Source: Mobula hypostoma
Taxonomy: Eukaryota
NCBI RefSeq assembly: GCF_963921235.1
Contig: NC_086097.1
Span: 93,312,001 to 93,376,000 of the forward strand
Length of the DNA stretch: 64,000 nt
Direction of reading: 5' to 3'
Part shown: in pieces, positions 22,270-34,250 of the stretch
Numbering within the stretch: the first letter of the stretch is position 1
How the letters are laid out: the number at the start of each line of letters is the position of its first letter
Notes under the pieces: generated by a model
What the model saw: only the letters and a program-made list of their open reading frames with translations
Database searches by the model: none
Told to the model about the DNA's origin: nothing
Position numbers and translations under genes: made by a program

Positions 22270-24348
22270 TAGAAACCATAGAAAGTACAGCACAGAAACA
22301 GGTCTTTTGGCCCTTCTTGGCTGTGCCGAACCATTTTCTGCCTAGTCCCACTGACCTGCACACGGACCATATCCCTCCATACACCTCCCATACATGTATC
22401 TGTCCAATTTATTCTTAAATGTTAAAAAAGAACCCGCATTTACCACCTCGTCTGGCAGCTCATTCCATACTCCCACCACTCTCTGTGTGAAGAAGCCCCC
22501 ACTAATATTCCCTTTAAACTTTTCCCCCCTCACCCTTAACCCATGTCCTCTGGTTTTTTTCTCCCCTTGCCTCAGTGGAAAAAGCCTGCTTGCATTCACT
22601 CTATCTATACCCATCATAATTTTGTATACCTCTATCAAATCTCCCCTCATTCTTCTATGCTCCAGGGAATAAAGTCCCAACCTATTCAACCTTTCTCTGT
22701 AACTGAGTTTCTCAAGTCCCGGCATCATCCTTGTAAACCTTCTCTGCACTCTTTCAACTTTATTTATATCCTTCCTGTAATTTGGTGACCAAAACTGAAC
22801 ACAATACTCCAGATTCGGCCTCACCAATGCCTTATACAACCTCATCATAACATTCCAGCTCTTATACTCAATACTTTGATTAATAAAGGCCAATGTACCA
22901 AAAGCTCTCTTTACGACCCTATCTACCTGTGACGCCACTTTTAGGGAATTTTGTATCTGTATTCCCAGATCCCTCCGTTCCACTGCACTCCTCAGTGCCT
23001 TACCATTAACCCTGTATGTTCTACCTTGGTTTGTCCTTCCAACGTGCAATACCTTACACTTGTCAGTATTAAACTCCATCTGCCATTTTTTAGCCCATTT
23101 TTCCAGCTTGTCCAAGTCCCTCTGCAGGTTCTGAAAACCTTCCTCACTGTCTACTACACCTCCAATCTTTGTATCATCAGCAAACTTGCTGATCCAATTT
23201 ACCACATTATCATCCAGATCATTGATATAGATGACAAATAACAATGGACCCAGCACTGATCCCTGTGGCACACCAGTAGTCACAGGCCTCCACTCAGAGA
23301 AGCAATTCTCTACCACCACTCTCTGGCTTCTTCCATCGAGCCAATGTCTAATCCAATTTACCACCTCTCCATGTATACCTAGCGACTGAATTTTCCTAAC
23401 TAACCTCCCATGTGGGACCTTGTGAAAGGCCTTACTGAAGTTCATGTAGACAATATCCACTGCCTTCCCTTCATCCACTTTCCTGGTAACCTCCTCGAAA
23501 AACTCCAATAGATTGGTCAAACATGACCTACTATGCACAAAGCCATGTTGACTCTCCCTAATAAGTCCCTGTCTATCCAAATGCTTGTAGATTCTGTCTC
23601 TTAGTACTCCCTCCAATAACTTACCTACTACTGACGTTAAACTTACTGGCCTATAATTTCCCGGATTACTTTTCGATCCTTTTTTAAACAACGGAACAAC
23701 ATGAGCCACTCTCCAATCCTCCGGCACCTCACCTGTAGACAGCGACATTTTAAATATTTCAGCCAGGCCCCCTGCAATTTCAACACTAGTCTCCTTCAAG
23801 GTCCGAGGGAACACCCTGTCAGGTCCCGGGGATTTATCCACTTTAATTTTCCTCAAGACAGCAAGGACCTCCTCCTTTTCGATCTGTACAGTTTCCATGA
23901 TCTCACTACTTGTTTCCCTTAATTCCATAGACTTCATGCCAGGTTCCTTAGTAAACACAGACGCAAAAAACCTATTTAAGATCTCCCCCATTTCCTTTGG
24001 TTCCGCACATAGCCGACCACTCTGATCTTCAAGAGGAGCAATTTTATCCCTTACAATCCTTTTGCTCTTAATATACCTGTAAAAGCTCTTTGGATTATCC
24101 TTCACTTTGACTGCCAAGGCAACCTCATGTCTTCTTTTAGACCTCCTGATTTCTTTCTTAAGTATTTTCTTGCACATCTTATACTCCTCAAGCATCTTAT
24201 TTACTCCCTGCTTCCTATACACGTCATACAACTCCCTCTTCTTCTTTATCAGAGTTGCAATATCCCTTGAGAACCAAGGTTCCTTATTCCTATTCACCTT
24301 GCCTTTAATCCTGACAGGAACATACAAATTCTGCACTCTCAAAATTTC
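22270..24348 (-). mobile_element. Young 5'-truncated CR1 LINE inserted into an older + strand CR1 (about 22220-25490)
   Basis: Uninterrupted ORF plus CTATGGTTTCTAT-type 3' tail; the host CR1 reads FADGAKI before and continues after the insert. Confidence 0.92.
22342..24342 (-). CDS. CR1 ORF2 (RT domain, no endonuclease), 666 aa open frame; transposon-derived and probably non-functional
   Basis: PGNYRPVSLTS, QHGF, GVPQGSVLGPLLF, SKFADDTK; the first catalytic motif reads VYMNFSKAF instead of VYMDFSKAF. Confidence 0.85.
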   Translation of the reverse strand: MRVQNLYVPVRIKGKVNRNKEPWFSRDIATLIKKKRELYDVYRKQGVNKMLEEYKMCKKILKKEIRRSKRRHEVALAVKVKDNPKSFYRYIKSKRIVRDKIAPLEDQSGRLCAEPKEMGEILNRFFASVFTKEPGMKSMELRETSSEIMETVQIEKEEVLAVLRKIKVDKSPGPDRVFPRTLKETSVEIAGGLAEIFKMSLSTGEVPEDWRVAHVVPLFKKGSKSNPGNYRPVSLTSVVGKLLEGVLRDRIYKHLDRQGLIRESQHGFVHSRSCLTNLLEFFEEVTRKVDEGKAVDIVYMNFSKAFHKVPHGRLVRKIQSLGIHGEVVNWIRHWLDGRSQRVVVENCFSEWRPVTTGVPQGSVLGPLLFVIYINDLDDNVVNWISKFADDTKIGGVVDSEEGFQNLQRDLDKLEKWAKKWQMEFNTDKCKVLHVGRTNQGRTYRVNGKALRSAVERRDLGIQIQNSLKVASQVDRVVKRAFGTLAFINQSIEYKSWNVMMRLYKALVRPNLEYCVQFWSPNYRKDINKVERVQRRFTRMMPGLEKLSYRERLNRLGLYSLEHRRMRGDLIEVYKIMMGIDRVNASRLFPLRQGEKKTRGHGLRVRGEKFKGNISGGFFTQRVVGVWNELPDEVVNAGSFLTFKNKLDRYMYGRCMEGYGPCAGQWD

Positions 24349-24458
24349 TGAGGGACAGGAAATGTTGAAGAAGCAAGGAGCCTGCAGAAGGACTTGGACA
24401 GATTAGGAGAATGGCTGAAGTAGTACCAGTTGGAATACAGTACAGTCATGTGCTTTGG

Positions 24459-24989
24459 TCATCATCATCATCATCATGTGAGGTGTCGTATGACATGAGC
24501 AATCATAGTCTTTGACCATGATTGATCTTGGTAAATGTTTCTACAGAAGTGGTGTACCATTGCCTTCTTCCAGGCAGTGTATTTACAAGATGGATGACCC
24601 CAGCCATTATCAATACATCTGAGAATTATCTGACTGGCATTAGTGGTTGAATAACCAGGCCTTGTGATATGATTCAGAGTGTTCGTCCATCGTCGTCAAT
24701 GAGGACCTCGACACCATTATGATGGTGTCAAGATTAGCGCGTGATTTGGATTTAAGTGAGGGAGAGTTGTGCAGCGTCAGCCTCACTCTCTCTTCCCAAT
24801 TCCCATCTGGATCTAGTGGTATCAACTGCTCATATGACCATCCACCACCTGCTCACACAGCTTCACATGACCCAGATTGGGGTGCTAAGCAGGTGCTACA
24901 CCTTGCCCAAGGGTAACCTGCAGGCTAGCAGAGGGAAGGAGCACCTTGCCACCACCTTTGGTAGAGACACTTCTCCACCCCGCCACCCA
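24459..24989 (-). mobile_element. RTE-related SINE with (GAT)n tail, containing a nested RTE-type tail at about 24672-24820
   Basis: 11-bp TSD ATGTGCTTTGG (24448-24458, 24990-25000); GAAGAAGGCAATGGTACACCACTTCTG resembles BovB/RTE 3' ends. Confidence 0.7.
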
Positions 24990-27501
24990 ATGTGCTTTGG
25001 CAGGAGGAGTGAAGGCATAGACCATTTTCTAAATGGGAAGCAAATACAGAAATCAGAGGTGCAAAAGAACTTGAGAATCCCAGTGCAAAATTCTCTCAAT
25101 GTTAACTTGCAGCTTGAGTTGGTGGTAAGGAAGGCAAATACAGTGTTGGCATTTATTTCAAGACAAAAGATAATATAAAAATCATGGATATAATGCTGAG
25201 GCTTTACAAGGCATCGGTCAGACATTTGGAGTATTGTGAACAGTCTTGGGTCCCTTCTCTAGGAAAGGATGTGCTGGCATTGGAGAGGGTCCAGAGGAGG
25301 TTCATGAGAATGAATGAAAGGTTTAACCAATGAAGAAAATTTGATGGTTCTGGACTTGTACTCACTGGAGTTTAGATGAATGATGGTGGTATCTCATTGA
25401 AACATATTCAGTGGCCTAAATCAAGTGGATGTGGAAGGAATGTTTCCAACAGCGGACGAGTCTAGGACCAAAGGGCACAGCCTCAGAATAGGACCTGTCG
25501 GGGATCACCTGAGCAAGCAATGGACTGAGGCGTGTTTGGCTGGGCTCTTTCCTAACCTTTATTGTGTATCTAGAATAGCGCTTTCTTTCAAATCTTATCA
25601 AAATATGTCGTCTAAGTACATATAGCGAAAGTTACTTTGTTCTCTAACATGCGGTAATGACATCAAAGCTTCGAAAATATAAATACAATGGGCCCACTAA
25701 CACCAAGACCGACTCCCCGGCGCAAAGTTTAAATGCTGACCGTGAACGCGCAAGTACCCTACCCCACACGAACTCAGGCGAAATGGACACGGAAGCTCCT
25801 CTCGGAACTAAAAACGGACATCTCCGCGGTGATTAAGAGCAGAGCTGAAAAACGCCCTCGCCCAAGATTTCAACTACCTGAAAAACGAGATGAAGCACGC
25901 CCTAGCCGAAAATTTAAACCACCTGAAAAAAGAGTTGGCGGTAGTAAGAACCGAGTTAGCAAACAACGCGGTACGGACCCAAGTTGAGATTGCCCAAGTA
26001 AAGGCTAATGTTAAAGACATGGAAAACGGCATCGTGGTCAGATGAAATGGTATCGCTTCAAACCATCGTAAAACGCCCTGAAGTCGGAGTGGAAGGATTT
26101 AGTGATAAATGTGAAGACATGGAGGGAAGAATGCGGAGGTGCAATATCCGTATTTTGGGGGTTGCTGAGGGGCCCGGGTCAAGTTCCGCGAAGTCCATTT
26201 CTAAATTACTGTCAGAGGTGCTTAAACTGGACAAAGACATTCTTATCGACCGCTCGCATCGGAGTCTCACACCAAAAAAACCTAGCGGTAAACCGCGTGC
26301 AATTGTAGTTAAACTACATTATTATCAGGACTGATTCGATGTTTTACGTCGAGCTCGAAACCAGACTCCGCTTAACTACGATGGGAAACCCATCGCTATT
26401 TTGCCAGACTACACCGCAAGGATCGCCAAAGCTCGAGCAGAGAGCTGTGTTCAGGGACGTCAGGAAACTGCTGCGGGACCAGCCGGATATCCGACATGGT
26501 ACAATATACTGACTCCGCGTTACACACAACGAGGCGGAGAAAGAATTTCTGCACCCGGAGAAAGCCGTGGCCTATGTAACAGAGCATATCGTCACGGCAG
26601 CAAAACACTGAACATGATGACGGACCAGCAATGCATTTTTCACATGTGGCACTCCGGTGGGCTATTCATAAACAGTGGCAGAATCGATAGTTTCCTGCAG
26701 TGCCCAGAAAAAGTATTATGATTATCATAGTCTTTTGTCGTGGAAATATGTTTTCTCTGTGGTCACTGTCGTTGAGATGTTAAAGCTTTTTTTTGGGGGG
26801 GGGAATCTTTTCAAGATTAGGCTTAATTTTGAATCCTTCAAAATGCTTAAACCAAATTAGATTAATGTCTCGTTAATTAGCAAATTCATAATACCAGTTG
26901 TAAATATACACACACACGCACAATGTTAAAATCCCAAACAATGTTGATATTTATAAGCTGGGGGAATTTTTAGTGCTATTTTTTTTCTGGTTTCTTAATT
27001 TAGGGTGGGTTGGTCAGGAACTCAACCTGATTTAGCTCAGAAGGTACCCAAGTAAACCCTTAATGTGTGGATATGGTAATAAAGGGTTTTGGGTTCACCA
27101 TGTTTGTATAGGTGATGAGGGTAGGGAAATTGCCAGACTTTCTTTTTGTTTCATACTTAGGCCTATCGTTGTTTCTATCTATGTATATAAGGAGATACCT
27201 ATGTGATATTCTACTTCCTTCAGTTCCATATGGTTAATAATAATATTTCATCTCAAATAGTTGCTCTGTTAGTGAGTTGGAATGTTAAAACTATTAATCA
27301 CCCTGTAAAATGTAAAAAGGTACTTACTTATTTGAAACCTTGACTAATATAGCATTCCTACAGGAGACCCATTTGCGTATTTGATCATTGTCGACTGAAA
27401 GGGGGATGGGTGGGCCAAGTATTTCACTCTTAATTCAAAGGCCAGGGGAGCAGCTACTAGGGGTGATAAGTTCGTGGCCTAAGGTAGAAGGAGTCAATTT
27501 T

Positions 27502-29579
27502 TTTTTTGGAATTTATTTTTTATTGAGTTTCATCAAACAAATGTTTCCATAAGATTTATTCCAGATACTGTACATATATAATCATATGTAATAAATCTCC
27601 ACATAATATTTATCTGAGGTATACACCTATAGAAAGAAGAGGAAAGAAAGAACAATCGAAAGAAAACTATGTACAGAGTAGGGAGTGATTTTTTTTTTAC
27701 AACATATTCATTGATTGTGAGGATAACATCAGGCCTATGAGGTGTTATGTAGTTAAACCATTTTTTCCAGTATGAATAAAATTGTTCCAACTTATGATTA
27801 ACATGTTGTTATCTTCTCCATTTTGTAGATGTCCATTGTAATTTCCATCCATACATTAAAGTTGGGCTCTCCTGAGATAACCATTTCCTGGTAAGGGTCT
27901 TTTTTACCAGCCACCAGCAGTACATTCATTAAGTATTTATATTTATCTCTTTTCAACCATTCTTGAAGTATATACCAAAAATACATGGTCTTACTCTCTA
28001 AGTGTATTTATCTGTTAGTATATCATTGAAATTTGCAGAATATAACTTGATCAATCTACTCCCTGAACAAATAAGAACCAAGAGAAGAGAATAATAAAAA
28101 GAAAGGTAAGGAAGGTGTGGTTCCAAGGCTGGGGTCTCTAGATGACCCTGGGTTGGGCTAGAAGAAAAGTCTAGCCGTGGGGGATAGCCCCTCCTACCTG
28201 TGGGTTGAGGGCCCCCACTGCAGTACCTATAAAAGTAAATTTAAAAAACTATGTCCATTACACAGAAATGATATCCCTGTGTATTCCTCCCATGTATACT
28301 CATTTAGGTGGGGAAAAAGGAATGAATAAATGAATTTTTAAAAAATTGAGTAATATAAAATCCACATTATAACACATATTTCTCGAGATAGGTATATCAC
28401 TGTCTATTTTTGCTTCCGTTTAGTTTATCAGCACTTTTAAAGTTAGCCAAACCTTATGGCTCTTCTGGAGGAGGTGAGGGCTGCCCTCAGAGAACTGACA
28501 GTCTCTTCCTGAAATCCTTCTCTCGTCCTCTTCCTGTCCCCTGCTTTCTAGGTTCTCGTACTATTTCCCAAGCAGATTGGGACAACTGCTCAGCCAGAGT
28601 TTCCCCTGGTTTAACCACACTAATAGACAGTCCTCTGTTGTTCATGTCTGTAGTCGCCTCCTCCACCGTCTGGTACAGTCACATCCCTTCTGGGTAAAAT
28701 ACCCTCAGTTTAGCAGGGTACGGGGTTTGGAATTTAATCATTTCTTGCTTTAATATTCGTTTGGCTTCGGAATATTCCTTCCATTTCTGTAGGACCGCCG
28801 AGGAGTAATCATGATCGAAGTATATTAACTTACCGTTCCAAAACACCGTCTTCTTACCCCAGGCCCTTCGTAGAATCTCCGCCTTGCTCTTGAATCGTAG
28901 GAATCTAAGTACTATGGAGCACGGTTTATCTTCATTGTCTCCAGGAGGCCGCTGGACAAGCAAACGGTGCACCCTTTCAATTTCAATCTCCGTAGTCTGA
29001 GGAATCTCCAGCGCTTCCCGCAGCAGCTTATCTACAAAGTCCATCATCGACAATCCCTCCGCTCCTTCGGGAACATTATAAATCCTGATATTTTTCCATC
29101 GCGATCTTCCCTCCCAGTCAAGCAATTTACTTTCCTGTTGATTTAATATTTTTATCGTCTTACTTAGTATCTGTTCCACGTTTTGCACACAATCTTCCAT
29201 CGTCTCAATTCGAGTCTCTGCCACCGCTACTTTCTGATTGACATTGGCGAGCTCTGACTTTATATCATTGAGTTGCTGCTTTATATCTTTTTGGACTTCC
29301 CTAATCTCTTCCAGAATCCTTATCATATTTGCCGCTTCGCCTGCAATAGGCCCAGCGTCAGCCTCGCCACCATGCGCTGTACCTCTCCCTTGCATAGGCT
29401 CTGCAGTGGTGCTTCTTTTTAATCTCGATTCTTTCTCCCCATTCTTGTCCCCCTTATCAATTCAGATATTTTCGGAAGATCTTATATTTGACGGATTAAC
29501 GGGGCAAAATATGCATTTTTCCGGAGGAGCTGTTGATTTAAGCTGCCATTCTGAATGATGACGTCACCAGAACCCCTTC
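27502..29579 (-). mobile_element. Non-autonomous L1 with ORF1 and ORF2 almost entirely deleted
   Basis: 13-bp TSD AGGAGTCAATTTT (27489-27501, 29580-29592); AATAAA and poly(A); ORF1 29395-28679; only the ORF2 C-terminal tail remains (27986-27670). Confidence 0.88.
28679..29395 (-). CDS. L1 ORF1p-like (coiled coil, RRM, CTD; transposase_22-like), frameshifted at the 3' end
   Basis: Heptad-rich N-terminus; EGRSRWKNIRIYNVPEGAE, EIERVHR, IYFDHDYS, FQTPYPAKLRVF. Confidence 0.8.
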   Translation of the reverse strand: MQGRGTAHGGEADAGPIAGEAANMIRILEEIREVQKDIKQQLNDIKSELANVNQKVAVAETRIETMEDCVQNVEQILSKTIKILNQQESKLLDWEGRSRWKNIRIYNVPEGAEGLSMMDFVDKLLREALEIPQTTEIEIERVHRLLVQRPPGDNEDKPCSIVLRFLRFKSKAEILRRAWGKKTVFWNGKLIYFDHDYSSAVLQKWKEYSEAKRILKQEMIKFQTPYPAKLRVFYPEGM

Positions 29580-31591
29580 AGGAGTCAATTTTAGAAAACC
29601 TAGCACATTCATTTTTCAACATAGTCCCCTCCTACATTTACACACTTAGTCCAGCAGTTGTGGAGCATACGGATCCCTTCTTTGTAGAAATCAGCATCTT
29701 GGACCTCCAGAAGGTGGTCTACAGCAGGGGTAATTGATAAGTTTGTGGCCTAAGGAAAGAGTTGAGTTATACAGCTCTCATTACATACATGTGCAGTTCA
29801 ACTCTGAGTGATTATGCAGAAAGTTTGAAGTTGATAACTCATCTCCTTCTATCTTAGGCCACGAACTTATCAATCAGCCCCACTGTGGACCACTTTCTGG
29901 AGGTCCAAGAGACCGACTTCTACAAAGAAGGGATCCGTATGCTCCACGACCACTGGACTAAGTGTGTAAATGTAGGAGGAACTATGTTGAAAAATAAATG
30001 TGCTAGGTTTTCTAAAATTGACACCTTCTACCTTAGGCCACGAACTTATCAATCACCCCTTGTATAATAATTAGTAAAATTACGCAGTTCACTGCAACGA
30101 ATGTTGAATCTGATGCAGCTGGACGGTTTTTAAATTGTAACTGGGTGGTTATATGGGCTGCCCGTTATCCTTGCCAATGTTTATGCACCGAATTGGGATG
30201 ACCATATCTTTTTTAGTGATTTCTTCTCCGAGTTGCCAAACATGGTCACACAAAAGCTCATCCTCAGAGGTGATTTTAATCGTGTCCTCTCTCCAATTTT
30301 TGACCGCAGTGCGGAGAGGAATGTCCCTATCTCTAGGTCAGCACAGTCTATCAGACATTTTCTTAAAACGTACGGGGTGGCTGATGTTTGGCGGTTTCGT
30401 AAACCTACCTCTGGGAGTTACTCTTTTTTCTCCTCAGTACACGGTTCCTATTCGTGTATAGGTTTTTTTTTTAATGGACACCAGCCTTCTCTCTGCTGTA
30501 ACAGAGTGTGATTATGAAGCCATAGTTATATCCCATTATAGTTCGCTAACTTTAATATTACATATCCCTACTACACAACCAAGTTACCGTCCTTGGAGGC
30601 TAAATCCTACTCTCCTTTCAGATAAATGTTTTGTGAAGTATATTTATTCCAAAATAGAATCTTTTCTGAGAATTAATCGAACACCAGGGATGTCTCCATC
30701 ATTTGTGTGGGAGGCGCTAAAGGCATATTTAAGAGGCCAAATAATCCCATTCTGCACGCATCGGAGAAAAATGAGGACTGAACACATTAAACAACTGACA
30801 GATCAGAAACTGGAATTAGACCTCTTGCATAGCCAATCACCCTCATCGGCTTTGCTCAAACAGCGTTTACTACTTCAAACCGAATACAATCTGTTAACAA
30901 CCCAAGAAGCTGAATATCTTATCTCCAAGTTGCAATGTGAGTTTTATGGACATGGAGAAAAAACAGGGAGGCTGCAGGCCCATTGACTGTGTCAAAAAAC
31001 GGCCAGTCACGGTATACCTGAGATACGGGATGCACAGGGCATAAAACAAACAGATAATGTAGAAACTAACTCATGCTTCCATGGCTTTTACCAATCACTG
31101 TACTCCTCAGATTCATCCACCACCCCATATGATCTAGATGATTTCTTTAAAAAGCTAAACATCCCATATATAGATCCACATGTAGCTGCTGATCTGGAGA
31201 AGGCAATCACGACTCTGGAGATTGACTCAGCAATTAAGAGTATTCGGAGTGGAAAATCCCCAGGCCCAGATAGATATCCTTCTGAATTCTTAAATAAGTT
31301 TTCCACTCAACTTTCCCCATTACTATTATCTGATTTTGAAGAGTTTTTTTTATCCCACTCTCTACTGCCCACAATGTGTCAAGCAGTTATTTCATTAATT
31401 TCGAAAAAAGGGCAAAGACCCCCCTGAATGTAGTTCATCCTGACCAATCTCTCTTTTAAATATGGATACCAAAATCCTTGCAAAAGTCCTGGCACACCGA
31501 ATGGAGAAGTTTTTACCATTGATTATCTCACCCGATCATACAGGTTTTAGAAGAAATCTGTACTCGTTTAAATAAAGACGTCTTCTAAATA

Positions 31592-32456
31592 CAGTGGCAT
31601 GCAAAAGTTTGGGCACCCCGGTCAAAATTTTTGTTACTGTGAATAGCTAAGCGAGTAAAAAAAATGAACTGATTTCCAAAAGGCATAAAGTTAAAGATGA
31701 CACATTTCTTTAATATTTTAAGCAAGAAAACTTTTTTATTTCCATCTTTTACAGTTTCAAAATAACAAAAAAGGGAAAGGGCCCGAAGCAAAAGTTTAGA
31801 CACCCTACATGGTAGTACTTAGTAACACCCCCTTTGGCAAGTATCGCAGCTTGTAAATGCTTTTTGTAGCCAGCTAAGAGTCTTTCAGTTCTTGTTTGGA
31901 GGATTTTCGCCCATTCTTCCTTGCAAAAGGCTTCTAGTTCTGTGAGATTCTTGGGCCGTCTTGCATGCACTGCTCTTTTGAGGTCTATCCACAGATTCTC
32001 GATGTTGTTTAGGTCAGGGGACTGTGAGGGCCATGGCAAAACCTTCAGCTTGCACTTCTTGAGGTAGTCCATTGTGGATTTTGAGGTGTGTTTAGGTTCA
32101 TTATCCTGTTGTAGAAGCCATCCTCTTTTCATCTTCAGCTTTTTTACAGATGGTGTGATGCTTGCTTCCAGAATTTGCCAGTATTTAATCGAATTCATTC
32201 TTCCCTCTACCAGTAAATGTTCCCCGTGCCACTGGCTGCAACACAAGCCCAAAGCATGATCGATCCACCCCTGTGCTTAACAGTTGGAGAGGGGTTCTTT
32301 TCATGAAATTCTGCACCCTTTTTTCTCCAAACATACCTTTGCTCATTGCGGCCAAAAAGTTCTATTCAAAATGTTCAAAGGAACACCTAAACAAGCCTGA
32401 TGCATTTTGGAAACAAGTCCTGTGGACTGATGAAGTTAAAATAGAACTTTCTGGCC
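31592..32456 (-). mobile_element. Tc1 transposon (IR/DR type), right end plus partial DD34E transposase
   Basis: TA followed by CAGTGGCATGCAAAAGTTTGGGCACCCC; inner repeat GCAAAAGTTTAGACACCC near 31788; QQDNEPKH and WPSQSPDLNNIENLW; WTDE segment is inverted. Confidence 0.9.
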
Positions 32457-32594
32457 TTTGGAATCAGTTGGTTGATTTGTGAAGTATCGTGTGCTTCTTG
32501 GAGTGCAACATCAAGTACACGGTAAACAAATACATGCACAGGCGTCTTCGCTCTGTACGGAACAAAGACCATCATCCTCGCCCTCGAGGGATAG

Positions 32595-34250
32595 CTACGA
32601 CTGTGGAAGACACTAACAGTATGGTGGAGGTTCCAGGTGTCCTGGGTCATGAAGTGTGTAGGTTACCATTACTAGAGAGATGGTTCTTGAGAAACTAAAA
32701 AATCTGAAGGTAGATAAGTCACCAGATGGTGCCCACCCCAGGTTTCTGAAAGAGGTGGCTGAAGAGATGATGGAGGCATTAGTAATGATCTTTCAAGAAT
32801 CACTAGATTCTGGAATAGTTCCAGAAGACTAGAAATTTCTAAATGTCACTCACACATCAAAAAGGGAGAGAGGCTAAAGAAAGGAAATTTAAGGTCAGAC
32901 TAACTGGCCTATGTGGTTGGGAAGATATTCAAGTCAATTATTGAGGATGAGGTCTCATAGTACTTGGAGGCACATGATTAAACAGGCCATCGTCAGCATG
33001 GTTTCCTCAAGGGAAAATCTTGCCTGACAAATCTGTGGGAATTTTTTGAAGAAATAACAAGCAGGATAGACAAAGGAGAAACATTTAATATTGTGTATTT
33101 GGATTTTCAGAAGGCATTTGACAAGGAGCCACACGAGGCTGCTTAACAAGCTACGAGCCCATGGTATTACAGGAAAGATTCTAGTATGGATCTACCAGTG
33201 GCTGATTGGCAGGAAACAAAAAGTAGGAATAAAAGGAGCCCTTTCTGGTTGCCAGTGACTAGTGGTGTTCCGCAGGGGTCTGTGTTGGGACCGATTCTTT
33301 TTATGTTTTATGTTAATGATTTGGATGATGGTATTGACAGCTTTGTTGCGAAGTTTGCAGACGATATGAAAATAGTTGGGGGGCAGGTAATTCTGAGAAA
33401 ATAGGGAGGTTACAGAAGGACTTAGACAGATTTGGTGAATAGGCAAAGAAGTGGCAGATGGAATACAATGTCGGGAAGTGTTTGGTCATGCTATTTGGTA
33501 GAAGAAAAGGTTAACCATTTTCTAAATGGAAAGAAAATACAAGTATCTGAGGTGCAAAAGAATTTGGGAGTGCTTGTGCAGGATTCCCTAAAGGTTAATT
33601 TGCAGGTTGAGTCTGTGGTGAGGAAGGCAAATGCAATGTTAGCATTAATTTCAAGAAGACTAGAATATAAAAGCAAGGATGTAATGTTGAGACTTCATAA
33701 AGCACTGGTGAGGCTTCACTTGCAGTACTGAGTGCAGTTTTGGGCCCCTTCTCTTAGAAATGATGTGCTGAAACTGGAGAGGGTGCAAAGGAGTTTCACA
33801 AAAATTATTCCAGCATTAAACAGCTTGTCATATGAAGACTGTATGATGGCCTGTTTCACTGGAACTTAGAACGAGGGGTGACCTAATTGATAGCTATCAA
33901 ATGGTGAAAGGCCTTGATACAATGGATGTGGGGAGGATGTTTCCTATGATGGGAGTGTCTAAGACCAGAGGATACGGCCTCAAAATAAAGGAGTATCCTT
34001 TTAGAACGGAGATGAGGAATTTCTTTAGCCAGAGAGTGGTGAATCTGTGGAATTTGTTGCCACAGGCAGATGTGTTTATGTATACTTATGGCAGGGGCTG
34101 ATAGATTCTTGATTGTTCAAGGCATGATATGGGGTTGGGGGGGGGAAGGCAGGAGATTGGGGCTAAGGAAAAATTGGTCAGCCATGATGAAATGGCAGAG
34201 CAGACTCGGTGGGTCAAATAGCCCAATTCTGCTCCTATATGTTATGTTCT
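32595..34250 (+). mobile_element. CR1 ORF2 3' half, decayed
   Basis: GVPQGSVLGPILF..KFADDMK; VRKANAMLALISR; CR1 3' tail. Confidence 0.9.

Larger units (their letters stand above)
27457..30062. mobile_element. Palindromic mariner-derived MITE, split by an L1 insertion
   Basis: TA flanks (27455-27456, 30063-30064); TIR GGGGTGA(TTGA)TAAGTTCGTGGCCTAAGG present four times; arms encode the mariner C-terminus DFYKEGIRMLHDHWTKCVNVGG. Confidence 0.88.
25491..31589 (+). mobile_element. L1-clade LINE (ORF1 plus 5' part of ORF2), interrupted and 3'-truncated
   Basis: ORF1 EDMEGRMRRCNIRILGVAEG..IDRSHRSL..PRAIVVKLH; EN SWNVK, FLQETHL, GDFN, YSFFSSVHGSYS; WRLNPTLL; KSPGPD; frame continues GAA|III across the MITE. 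Confidence 0.88.
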
